DNA of 64,000 nt from Lingula anatina (lineage: Eukaryota > Animalia > Brachiopoda), in contig CM120647.1 of assembly GCA_051362555.1 (NCBI GenBank), positions 7,254,001-7,318,000 of the forward strand. The letters run 5' to 3'. The notes under the pieces were generated by a model. The model did not search any database, was not told the origin of the DNA, and saw only the letters and a list, made by a program, of their open reading frames with translations. A program made the position numbers and the translations under genes. Of the stretch, positions 1 to 13,504 are shown piece after piece; positions within the stretch are counted from its first letter, which is position 1; each line of letters begins with the position of its first letter.

Positions 1-637
1 CGTTGTTTGATTGTAAGAAAAAAGCGCCTTTCTCTCTCCACTTACCAATTAAAGATAATTTTGGTAAGAGGGACAGTTTTGTTAAAAGAAAACAAATACA
101 TTTGAAAATGCATTTCCATCATTGGGTTTGAAATGTTCATGTTTTACTATATATGGAGAGAATAAAGCGCACCCATTATTAAACAGTGATAATAGGCATC
201 TGTACTATATTTATTTATTTTTCATTGTCATGGAATATTATTCCATGACTTGATGTATACGATGTAGTGGATACATGTATTGAATTAAAACCTCATTAAA
301 TACTCCTAGACATACACTATGGTAAGAACACATCATTTGAAGGAAACATCTGGTAATATTATCTGTTTCCCACTAAGACTTTTGAAAGAAACACTTGAGC
401 TATCAATATTCGGTCAAATATTTTAGTTTATTTCTACTGAGTATATTTTTGTTTTTGTTCTTCTTTCCTTCTTCTCAGACTGTTAAAAAGATTAAACGTA
501 ACAGGAGTACGACTAAGCAATTTATGGACTATTAAGCCCATGGTAATGTTCGGCTCCGGCGATGTAACATGTGTTGAAAGAGGCGCTAACATTTTGGCAC
601 CGGGCATTGCAGGTCATAATGACATCGGTTTGCCTCC

Positions 638-671
<34 letters not shown>

Positions 672-1758
672 GAAGGAAGGATATATATGGCCTGGCCTAA
701 AGTAGTTACCCGGCTGTGACCTTAGAAGATGGTCTCTATTTGATGTTCCTGGAATGTGCAATTAAACTCTCAGATAGGCACTTGAGTAAACAACCCGTTA
801 TTGCGGAAGTAGTCGAAATCCCCAACGTGTTCGCGCCTGTTTCAATGCTTATCTGTTCATTTATTATAGTGACTTGTGGTTTTGGTCTGTCCATTTCGCC
901 TGTTTTATGGTTGTGCCTTATCAATTCTTTCATCGTAGTTTCTGTCCAGATATTTCTTCACCTAACCCCGTCGGGCATTAAAAACAAACCATACTTTTTC
1001 ATGTAACTTTTACCTGTTGCCGTATCCCTTTAAATCCAAAAACTTTAATATATTTTTTAAACTTATACAGCTTTTATTGCTTTTAATACGACAACACTTT
1101 GGCAGAGCATTTTATTCAAAATATCGTATATTTTATACATTTTATTGGGTACCTTTATCTTTTTTTATTTCTTTACATAAACTTTTGTTAAATATCTCTA
1201 ATTACATTTCTTACTTTAGCCTAAAGTCGTTAGTTCTATATTACATGTAAGATTTTTTCTAAGAAATCAGTTTTAAGGTCGAGAGTGTAGAGAAATCTCT
1301 GTTGCTTGCTGCCGATTTTTTAAAATCTTATTTGTAGATAACACTGAGTAAAAATCAATTGTGCATTCATTAAGTGTTCAACCAAAGAGTGAAAATAAGG
1401 GAAATATCTAATTCCTATAATGTGTGCAATGTATCTGAACACATTTAAAATCATTTTAACAAATTAATTGACAAAAGCATAGATGAATGTAAAAAATAAT
1501 TTCAGAGTGCATGAAAGGCAAAATGTTCAACGATTTTTCCTGCCCGTACGCGTGTATTGACTGTCTTCGTTTTTTTACCAAAACTCACGGAGAGCAAAAA
1601 GAGCAACATATCTAAACTTTAAAAAATAACTTTTCTTCCCTCATGGCAATGTCCACATTGATAAGTGTTTTTTAAAGTGCGAAAGTCTGGTCACAGAACG
1701 CCACATCTTTTTGTTTACTTCTATTTGTTCACTTCAAACTTATATATAAACGGTGCTT

Positions 1759-1798
<40 letters not shown>

Positions 1799-2569
1799 GT
1801 AGACTCAGCAAATATGCACGCGTATAATAACAATTATTTTTTTTTGTCATTCATGAATTGTAGATGTTATAAATATAACACAGCAAATTGAATATAATAT
1901 ATATATATATAAAATGCAGATGAGTGAGTGAGTGAGACGCCTGAGTGTATGTCACTTGCAGATTGCCGCCAAGTGTTAAAAGCAATGGCGGGTCCTGATT
2001 ATTGCTCAGGGGGAGAGAACGAGGGTAAATTTATCTTTTCAGCAAAATGGATAAAACTGAATGTTAGTTTTACCCTAATGTATACAATAAGTGATGCATT
2101 TTTTCATCTTTATCTCATTCCGTTTGTCATATTATTTTCAAAGGGAATAAAGGGATAGAAGCAGGAGACGGGTCTCAGAGGCTAAGAGTGCAGTACCCCC
2201 TCCCTCAACAGATGGATTACATATATATGCAAGTTGCCAAAGACGCGTTTATGTCACACATGAATGGAATCAACGAGAGGTTGTCACATTCACCTAGCTT
2301 ATAGTGTTGTACTAGTTTGTGCCTTTGAACACAACTTTCCAATCAAGGTGTCTTGTTTTCGACAGCCAACTAGGTGTAAAAATTATCACACTCTCTGTTT
2401 TTATGAATTACGTACAACAGAATGTATGTTGATTGATCATAACATTTACAGGTATGATGAGGTTGTTTAGAAATATGACCCCAGTAACTTTGTTTTTGAT
2501 AGGTTGACATCAATCTTTACCAAAAATGTAAAATGCATCACAATTTAAGGCCACTAAGAAATATCCTAC

Positions 2570-2725
2570 CTCATCACCCCATAGAAGACCCTTCTTTGCT
2601 TCATTTTTATACGCCTGGTATTTTTCGACAAACTCTTGGACGGCGTGGAGGCGAATGCGTGGCCAAATGTCACTGATTTCCTCTGCCGTCAACCACCTTT
2701 CTCCATTCTGTGTCAAACCATCCAT
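2570..2725 (-). CDS. GCLC-like paralog C, first coding exon only (rest not found in window)
   Basis: MDGLTQNGERWLTAEEISDIWPRIRLHAVQEFVEKYQAYKNEAKKGLLWGDE followed by a GT donor. Same 156-nt length and WGDE| boundary as exon 1 of the two complete paralogs. No exon 2 recognised in 1-2569, so the gene continues off the window or is truncated. Confidence 0.75.
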
Positions 2726-4311
2726 GATGTGTCACCCGCGTCCTGAACAAAGAATCGTTAGCGCGCCTTCCTGTTGACGGATGGTAGTCGATAACAGTGC
2801 ATACACTGTATGAATGCGTATCCTCCACCACCCTTGCTACCTGCCTGTGCACTTGACGGTAACCTACTCTGGCTACTTCCAGGGCTAATAGTAAGTGCAA
2901 TATTAGGTGTTTCTCCGCTCTAAATCTCCATGTGGTCTTACCGGTGGCCATTACTCATATCTATACCATCGGCCCGGTTGAAAGTGATTTTTTTGCTACT
3001 TAGAAGAGGTATGATCCATTTTTTCTCTTCGTGGTACAATTCATTACCTGTATAAAAGCATATCGCAATCTGTGCTGTGGTCAAATAAAAAAGGTAGAAT
3101 ATCGGATTTATATCAAGCAGGACTGAATAACTAACGCTTTCAAAGTGGGGGACTGGTGGTCGGAAGTCCCTCTATAAAAGATATGAAGAAAATAAGTGAT
3201 GAATATTGAATAGGATTGAGAAATGGTATTTAGGTAATGTACGCCTGAATTATCTACAGTAAACATACAATTCTCAAACGAATAGTGCTCACTGTTCAAT
3301 TTGAGGTCGTCGTTGTGGTCAATTGACATGCGTCGCGTGTGAATTGAACTCATGACATTCCGTCACTACAGTTTAAGATTTTGCAACTGTGTACTACCGA
3401 TTAAGTAGGAAGTTGGAAAGTAAATGCAGTTGCTTTGAAAACTGTGTTTGTCGATTTTGTGCAACAACAAGCACTACCACTAGCCGTATTACGCGTCTGT
3501 ATGCTTGAGTCGTCACAACTAAACTGATGAACTCCACAGCTTAGAGATACTACTGCGCATGCGTCAAGGTGTCAGAATCTCCTACGAGCACAGCCGAGAA
3601 TTAATTACAGCTTTGGAAGTAACTGGCTCGCGCTGCCAGTAATTACGCCATGGGGTATTCAGGGCACATACCGTGATCACAAGATACCGCCAATAGATTT
3701 TTAGATTTTTAGAAAATAGATTTTTCATGTGAACGGTCTCTTATAGTGACGGTGACGACGACTAGTTGGAGTTTTCAAACGTTTATTCACAAAATTTCTA
3801 CAAATTCAAGCGTAAGTATACTCTATTTCTGTGTGCGTATTTACTTGTTTTCGCTACATTGTCTTCTACGTGATCACCAGGATTTTCCATTTTTACTTGT
3901 CATTCCGCCATTCTACATTTCTTTATAAGGCAATCTCTATTTGAATTATAATCGTACTTGGATTGTTCTCAAAACTCAATTTGCATGCGTTTCACGAATG
4001 CCAGAAACCTACAATGTGTTTGTGAAATTGACTAATCAAATAAAACTTAATTCATGTGCATTTGACATTTTCCATCTTTTCCTATGAGGAAAGCAACTCT
4101 CACCTTTGTTGACTCTTAAAGAAATTAAGATTCCATTTCATAACTCGCTAGATTTTTATTTATAAAAAAAAACAAATTTGTTTAACTTCACTTGTTACTT
4201 GCAATAAGTAAAAGCATAAGGTACTAGTATTACAAAAAACTTTTAAAAAAATATTTGATTTTCACATGAAGAGTCTAGTGGGATACAGAAACCATATGAA
4301 CGAGGAATTAC

Positions 4312-4455
4312 GTGATTGAGGAGACAGGAGAGGAGTGATATAATAATTATGTGATTGAGGAGACAGGACTGGTTGTGATATAGTAATACTGTGATTGGGG
4401 AGACAAGAGTGGCGTAATATACCAGAACAGATCATGTTAATTGAGGCGAGAGAGG
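4312..4455. repeat. Degenerate tandem repeat, about 38-bp unit, 3-4 copies
   Basis: Recurrent GTGATTGAGGAGACAGGA..GG.GTGATATA unit, just downstream of the paralog A stop codon. Confidence 0.6.
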
Positions 4456-4599
4456 ACCAATATGTTATACCAATTATTAGGGCTATACTTTTATGTAATT
4501 AGAACAGTTGTGCATATAGCCTTTGATTTAGTGCCGTTTCTTCTTTTAAATATAAATCCATCAGGGAAAAAACAAAACAAAACGGTGATCCTAAAATAA

Positions 4600-7500
4600 T
4601 TATTTTGATTTCGTGCCTGAGATCTCATTGCATCGAGATATTAAGTCATAATTGATGTGTTCACTGACTACGGAATCCTTTTTGTAGTCTGGGTGTGACA
4701 TCACAAACTCTCGCATCCATCTAGCAATTGTTGGTATTTCACCTGAAATAAGATGTCTGTTGAAATAATTGTGTAGCAAATGGTTACATTGCAATGACAA
4801 ATAAAACAGGTACTTAGGTTGGATATTAGTAAACATTAACATTTTATCGATGTGAGCTACACGTATGTGATGTGCATAGACGGGAAAAAGCCATTTTGAC
4901 GTAATGTTGTGCGCGTAACAACGTATCATTAAAATATGATTCTATCTTTTTTATAAAATTTCATAGCAAGGTCAAAGTAATGTACAGAAAAAAAATCCCG
5001 AAAATCCACGTTATTTTACTTTGAAAGCTTATCTGACATTAATCAAGATTAAAATTCCCGAGATTTACCCATTTTTAGCTCGTGTATTTTTTATCGTCCA
5101 AATATACAAGCATCAATCTCAATAACGAGAGGAACAAAGGGAAATTATAGTGTTTTGCTATTTAAAAGTCACACGTTCAATGTTTGACGTGGAATGTTGG
5201 AATTAAATCCAAATTTCGTTCTTACCAGACGCTCTTTTTCCTATGAAGTCAAGGTACCGATCCGCAGTCAATCTGGTTTCTACATCAATTCCCCCGTGAT
5301 CGTCCAAGTATCTGTTAACCAATGGGATTAATCCAGGGAAACCATTGTGCTGAAAATAGAAAAATTACATATAGACACATATAAATTGAGATAAAGGCAT
5401 TAATTTGAAATCCATTTTTTTTTTTTTTTTTTTTTTTGTTTACTGACGAATATTTCTTTGTCATTATGATAAAGAGTTTAAGGCTTTATTTTAAATACCA
5501 TAATATACCTTTACCAGCATGAAGATCATCCCGCCCAGCTTCTCTGCACACTTGAAACCCGTGTAGGTGGGGGAGAATTACAACTGAATATTATCATAAT
5601 TTAACTCAACGTGGTCCCGGGACTACTATTTGTGGTCTCCGCGTGGCCATTTTAAAGAAATGCCCCGTCTTCTCACCTGACCCAACAGTCATCTTTCTAG
5701 TAAAGGCATTCTATAGGCACATTTGAAATATTTTTCGACTGTTTTCACACTGCTTATATGCACTAAGTTGTCAAGTTGATAACCTGTTTCGAACTGGTAT
5801 GAAAATACAGTCTTATGTGATTGTGTGCGCGTATGTATGTGAGAGAGAAAAATAGAGAAAGAAACAATGTATTTATAATGCATAAAACGGTAGCTTTACC
5901 TTCCCATTTAGAATTTCGTTGACTGTCATCAAAGAAAATGTTTTGTGGCTAGTTGTCGTCATACCGTTTCTCTTATGAATCCCATCATGGGCATGAAATA
6001 ACCCTGAAATAATAAGCGCATTTAAATATAGAGAGAGATAGCGAAAGGTTCAATATGCTACTAATCATTATTTTGCAATATGCAACAGTACAAAAGTGTT
6101 AAAATAAAGTCTGACTGCTGTCAACTATTAGAAAAAAAAATAGCGGAACTACGGCATCTTTTAATCAACACATTTAATACATACTATTTGATTCTGTTTT
6201 CCAATAGGATGCTTCATCTTTAGTGCCAAATATATCGTCTCTGAAGTAAAACTTGCTTGATCTCACTGCGTCTCTTTTCGAAGCTGTCTCCATGTTTTCG
6301 TCAACCTGCGGCGTTAGAGTGTACACTATCATATCAGTGCTTTCTACAATACTGATCCATCGCTTTAAACGAATATCTGAGTTAGGTGGGGGTGTAATCA
6401 GATTGCGTTTTTATAGATAAAATCAATAAGTCATTAAGGAAAAATCCCCAAACCAATTGTTAGTACTTTGTGCAAGTGTTATAATACCATTAAAAACATG
6501 TTTATAGCAGCCATGGTTGCTGGGAAAATCGGGTATCCGAAAATGACGTTTTTGTCTCCACAATTCTAACATTACGCCATACGATGAACCTGGAGCTGTG
6601 TGTCAAGCATAATTGGTGTTTTGAAGATTCATTAAATGGATGCAACAGGATTTAAAAAAAACAATATCTTTAATTAAGGATAAATTCTCAAACCTGCAGT
6701 CCTACCTTAACCGTTCGGTAGTGACAGAAATGGAGAGTGATTTCATTCGTAACGGTATCATATTTTAAAATACATAAACTGCTTTTTAGCTCGTAATCTT
6801 CTACACGCATTTGGGTATGCTGTACTCTGTTAACAAATGGAAAGTGCTTAAAATACCAGGGCCCGGTTTTATAAAGGACGTTTACCACTAACCGGTGGAT
6901 AAGCCTAACCAGTGGATAATTTCTCTAAACACTGGTTAAGTAAACGGCGGTTAAAATTGTGTTTTATAAACAGTGTTTAAACAGCCGGTTAGTTAACCAA
7001 CGTTTAATTTTCTTAAATAGTGTTTGGTTGCTATGAACAACTTATCCAGACCATATTTGGAAATAAAATTCCCCAGAATGCAATAGGTTTCTATAAACAA
7101 AATAAAATATATATGATAATTTATTGCTCATCTGTTGTCTGCTTAAATCTACTGTTTTGAAACATGTCAGTGTCTGACAAGAAGAGAAGTAGAAAGCAAA
7201 ACTGGACCATTAGTGAGCAAACACTACTGGTAGAATTGGTTGAAGCAGATCATTGCACAATAAGGAACAAGCACACATCAAGCTTGGACAACAAGTCCAA
7301 GCTTGATGTGTGGCTCAGGATTAGTAGACAAATCACTGCTGTTGGCACAGCGAACAGGACACACGAGGAATGCAAGGAAAAGTGGAGGCAGTTGGTAACA
7401 GCCGCCAAGAAAGCCCACTGTGGGCTGCGCAGCCACAGTGGCAAGACTGGGGGTGGAGCTCCTGCTCCACCCCTGGATGCCACAATGGAGAAGATAATTA

Positions 7501-10500
7501 ATTTGCACAAGGATGACCCCGCTTTCAACGGGGTATCGGACGGTTTTGAGACAACAGGTATTTAATGCCTAATTTTTTCTACAATTATTAATTTAATAAA
7601 AAGATAAGTAATTTTATAAATGCTATGCTGACGATAATACATTATGTCGTCTGCTTCGGAGACGTGCATATCAAATGACCTTGACCTTACGCTCGTCGAG
7701 ACATTTTCTATTGGTGGAACTCAAGAAAAAGCAATTAATGTGATTGTTACCTTTTATTATGATAAAAACCTGCATTGAACACTTGGACATGTATTTCCAT
7801 CCAGTTCATTGTTCTTTGCCTCTTTTACTCTAAGATAAAACCTCCGATGCACTACTGTCGTATGTCCCATTCCACGCCGTCGAACATGTTTCAGAAAAAC
7901 TACAAAAAACACTATTTTCTCGACTGTGAAAAGATCTAACAGAGACCGTAACCATATGTCCAAGCATACTGATAAGTGCATACTTCTTGTTCCGTGTACT
8001 GTAAGATAAAACCTCCGATACAGTAATTCCATCATTTCCTGAATGGTCCCGCGCCAGCATCGTGCACGTTCCAGCAAAACTTTAAAAAAAATTTCTTCCA
8101 CTGAATAGATCTAATGGGCATTGTTGTCCTCAAACTAAACATGTTGATAAGTGATTATAATCCCAATATCCTATCCAATCCTGGCAAATGAGTTAAAAAA
8201 TACAGCGTAAGCTCCTCCATGAATCAAACGGTGAAACCGAACCGCGTTTGAGCGCACTTGTTTTGTCCGGTTCAAAAGTGAGTAACAGCTCAGAACTGGG
8301 TCACGAGATCATTGCGTGCCAGGCAAGAGTACTCGAGCAAAATTACAATGGACTTGTGTCTCTTCTGTTTATATAAAGAAACTTAGATACCCACTCTCCC
8401 ACATACACTAAAATAAGGGAAATTTGCTAATGCCATGTCCATGTCATTTTTACTCTCACAAATGATATCATATTGTATCAATTCTCTAAAATCAAAACAA
8501 ATATTTTATTTCAATAAAATAATTAAAATAACTGAAAATGCAAATTGTTTTAATTGATGTGAATTTTCTTTGTTCTTTGAAGTGGCAGAAATCCCCAATT
8601 TGCAAGGAAGTACAGATGATATAGTTACAGTGGATTTTGAATCACTGTTAGATGATTTAGATTACCAAAGTATGTTTATAAATCTATGTACTTATTTTAA
8701 AAAATGAATAAATAAATAAATAAAATAATAATAAATAAATAATCATAATAATAATAATAATAATATCATAAAAATATTCAAAAGGAAACTGGTTTCTTTG
8801 ATGTTTGTACCAGATAATGGATAGTTATTAAAAAAAGGAAAAAAAGTAAAATATACTAGTAGTAGTGTTATACAATGTATGTATTCTTTTATTACAGGTA
8901 AATATTATATAATTTTACAACTATTTACAGATCCTCCACCATTCCCATCCCCGCCTCCCGTCCCCACTACAAGCACAAGTCAAGATGAACCCCAAATTCC
9001 AAAGAAAAGAAAGAAGCATTCATGTAGCATGTCAAGAACAGGTAAGACATATTGAAGAGCCAATACAGACTTCAGTTATACACAATATATATAATAAACT
9101 GTCTGTTCTTGTACCGAAAGTACCTGTCTTCATTTGTTATGTTAAGTAAAAATAACAATTTTTTTAATAAAACTTTTGCATAAGTAACATTACAGCATAT
9201 GATATATCTCTTTTCTTCATTGTAGAAAAAACAGAATCAGAGTTGGAGAGTCTACAGAAGCAAGTTTTGAAGCAGGAGGCAATTAATGCCAAGCTAACTG
9301 AGAAGAAACTCCTTTTAGAGATTCAATTATTAGAAAAGCAACTTTTAGCATAATATAGAGCTAGTTAATTTATTGCTAACAAAAGTTGCTTCTCTAACAG
9401 TGGGATCTCTAAAAGCACTTTCTTTCAGATTAATTTTTATTATTCATTATTAGTTCCTCCTGTCCAACGTAGGGCATTGGGTGGCAAACTTTTTCAAACT
9501 TGTCTGGTCGGCAGCGGCCTCCTCTTTCTCCTCCCACCTGATGTTGCCTCTTTGCAGATCATTCTGGAAGGTTCTCCTCCAGATTATCCAGTAGTTGTAT
9601 AAAATGTTTAAATTGTGAAACGTTTATGTATATCAATACTCTTTGTCAATAGCTAAGCAGGCATTTTATTGTTTTTTGCAGATTTACATGGATTATAGTT
9701 GTATACATGTTTCTAAAATGTTAAATGTTAATATATCTTTACTCATTGTCAATTACAGTATAAAATATTATTGGTTTATTATTCAACATATGTACAATAT
9801 TGACAGTATACATGTACTAGTAGTAAATGTTACAGTAGTATGCATATTATACATGTAAATAGATCAATTTATTAGTTCAAATAATATTACAATTCTTTGT
9901 ACTTGAAACTTAAATTTAAAATTAAACAGTATATATTACATTAAAATATATTAAAGTTTTATATTAAAGTTTTTCCTTCTTGGCTTTATTCATAGTTCTT
10001 CTTATTATTATTAAGAGAAAAATGCCCTTGCCACATGGTCCCTTACGGCCCTACCATCTTCAGGGCCATTGTACTGAATTCCCATATCTGGGCCTGGACC
10101 AGGGTCATTTCCATCTGGCAGGGGCTCATTCCTAATAATGGCTATGTTGTGCAAGACTGCACACGCACCAATGATATTGCAAACCCTCCCTGGTGACATT
10201 CGTAATTCAGCATGAAGGCAGTGAAATCTGGAAATAAATAGAACACCCAATAGAAGCAAATAATGTATGTAGACAGCAAAATTTGGAATTTATTAAGAAA
10301 ATAGTTACTTAATAAAATAATAGAATATTAAAGTATTAAATGCATATGCTGGTACATTTTTAAATGAAGCAAAGAAACAGTGCCCCCCCCCCCCCCCCAG
10401 CATGTGCCCCCAGTACATATATGTTCACAAACATAATTTTATAACAATTTTTGGTGGATATTGCCAGCTACTTACCTTCTTTTCCATATTCCAAATACTC

Positions 10501-12123
10501 TCTCAATCAATGTTCGTGTTACCTTATGGGATCTGTTAAACCTCTCTTGGGCCCTGGTGGTGGGATTCAGGTATGGTGTTAGCAGGTATGGTTTGCAGGC
10601 ATACCCGCTGTCACCAAGAAGTGTACCCAACTCTGCTGTATTATGCCTTGCTAGCTCTCTTCCGAGAGAGGAGGTGTTAAATACATGAGAGTCGTGGACA
10701 CTCCCTGGCCACTGTGCCACAATATTTGTGAATTTCCCTGCGATTTAATAAATATTTATATTTAAACATTTTATATTATAATTATTTCATGTTTTATAAA
10801 GAAACCAAAACTTAACCACGCCCTTTTTCAATTTAATAATCAGGGGGTAGCTTCATATAACAAATGGGCATGAAGAACAAAATCATCATCGCACACATCG
10901 ATTAGTCATGCCTTATTTACATTCTGAAGGAATGCACTCGGTGCTACTCGGTGCAAGGTGAAAGGTCATATTACAAAGATGGCCGCTCACTCGCCGGAAT
11001 GACAGTGTCTCATCTACAGTTATTTTTCACTTTTTTGCCGGTAAGGACCATTAGTTTGAATTAAAATTTCTTAACAAAATACACACCTTTGTGGTCACAT
11101 ACGGCCTGTACGTTAATGCTGTGAAAGTTTTTTCTGTTCACGAACGCTGGTTCGTTTTCACTAGGCGCTTGAATCCTCACATGAGTGCAGTCAATGCAAC
11201 CAATACATCCCGGAAAACCAGCTATCCTAAAAAAACCGTCCCTCACACCTGCCCTAGCCTGGGGTGTAGCAGGAAATTTGATGAAGTCAGCTTGATGTTC
11301 ACACAGAGCCAAGGCCACCTTTCTGACCACTCGACTTACAGTCGATTTGCTGGGCCCAACGGTGTCCCCCACAACTTGCAAAAAAGAACCGGAGGCGAAA
11401 AATCGCAGTGCTATTAGAAGTTGCTCTCTAACACTCAAAGAATGATTCCTTTCTGTCTCTGGAGCTATTTGGTTGTGAAGTAAGTTTTCTAAGTACAGTA
11501 TCGAATTTCTACTGAATCTAAATCTTTCAATGAGTTCTTGCTCAGTTGCTCCATCAAAATCAAATAAATCTCTACTGAAATTTCTGTCTCTTCTCAGTCT
11601 AAAAGGTATATATCTGTGAGGATTTCTGGCAAACCGCAGCAGGTTCGCCATTTTTATCCGGCGGTTAAGGAATTTAAACTACCTCCCTTGAGCGTATAAA
11701 TTTAACCAACCGTTTAGGAGATTTAACCATTGGTTAGTGCTAAACGACGTTTATGAAACCCGGTTAAACATCATTTAAGTTAAACGCCAGATTTAACCGG
11801 TGGTTAGTGCTAAACGTCCTTTATAAAACCGGGCCCAGGTGCATAAGATTTTTGGCTTAAAAAAGCCTAGCGAGCACAGTATACCTATAATTGAATAACG
11901 CTCATAAGTGTTTTACCTTTGAAATTGGAACTACAAGGTCAAGGCCATAGATAAGAATGGTCCGCGTCAGCAGAACTAGAAATACTGAAAATGCAGCATT
12001 TTCGAAATCCGTCAACTGCACCTGTAGAACAAAACAATATTATATTATATTATATTATATTATATTATATTATATTATATTATATTATATTATATTATAT
12101 ACATCTGCGTTGCCGTAATGTTT

Positions 12124-12170
<47 letters not shown>

Positions 12171-13425
12171 AATCAGACATTAAAAAAGATTAAAATTCCC
12201 GATATTTTCCCTAGTAAAAACTTGTAACTTTGCCGCTGCGTCGAAATTCAAGAGTCGTCATCTCAATAACACAAGAAAAATTATAGCGCTTTCCTATTTA
12301 CACACGCATGCACACGCGCGCACACACACACACACATACACGCACACAAACAACCTGTTACATGTAGCATACATCTAGTGGCCTGAACTCCACGCACCAA
12401 CCGGCAGACTGCGACGGGATTTTCAATCGAACAGACGGGAAATTGTTTCCTTGCACAACCTGAAAATAAATTTTGGAATTAATAACATATGTTAGATATT
12501 GAAAAGTTGCTGTAGTAACGTGTAATGAAAACGGGATTGTACATGGTAGGTTTGAAATGTCTTTTTACGGCAAACAGACACATATGTTACGACTTCTATG
12601 GCAATTCATTATTTAAAGACTATCTAGATTCTTCATTTAGTTGATAATTATTATTTATTTTATTTATTTAATTAATTAATTAATTTATTTATTTATTCAT
12701 TTATTTATTTATTTATAATTATTATCTTTTTTTTTTTTTTTTTTGGCCTGTGCGAAAACACATTTCCCAGTAATTTTCCTGGAAATTATATTCATAAATA
12801 TTCATATAATTATGATGAAACTATTGTCGATCTCGTTCTTGGGGTATTATACTGAAAACATTAATTTTTACTCCTAACAAACTATAATTGCACACATACA
12901 TTATAAAGAGCGATAAAGTTCGATCGTCCCTCTCCATATTGTTGAACGTGGCGATCAGATAATCCCCAAGGATCTCGCGAGAACAAGTTAGTGACGTAAT
13001 GAGACATTGCCTCATCCACACCTGAAGATTTAAGTAAAGAAGTGGCCGGGTTATAAATCCAGTCGAGATCAAATGTATGTATAATACAATTGACTATATA
13101 TTGAACAAACCATTTTTTTTATCTTTGGACTTTCATTTCAACGTAGGATGGCTCATTGTTCTCACGTATGTGTTTACGTCAATCCAATATATCGAGTAAA
13201 GGGTTATTGTCTGTGGGGATTTGTTGTAGTGCTGTCGATATTTTTTCTTTTGAACTGAATCAATGTAAAACATTACATTAATATAATAATTTATATAAAT
13301 TCCTTGCAATTGTGTTATATATTCTCGATTGAAATACATATGTGGTGTAAATATGTCAATAATTACAGTAATAAAAATAAGAATTCATTTCCACATCATA
13401 TATATAAAATAAGAATTCATTTCCA

Positions 13426-13504
<79 letters not shown>

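Larger units (their letters stand above)
6860..11835. mobile_element. Autonomous PIF/Harbinger (PHIS) DNA transposon, 4976 bp, in intron 12 of GCLC-like A
   Basis: About 34-bp TIRs GGCCCGGTTTTATAAAGGACGTTTA(C/G)CACTAACC with one mismatch. CAG target-site duplication at 6857-6859 and 11836-11838. Encodes a DDE transposase and a Myb/SANT protein in convergent orientation. The corresponding intron of paralog B is only about 280 bp. Confidence 0.95.

Noticed and set aside
522-1250. Short ORFs at the left edge as GCLC-like C exons or a retroelement fragment
   Set aside because: No match to exon 2 or later exons of paralogs A and B, and no diagnostic motif. Partly made of an (AGAA)n microsatellite.
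4312-4455. CRISPR-like repeat array
   Set aside because: The context is eukaryotic, the units are contiguous degenerate tandem repeats without unique spacers, and there are no cas genes.
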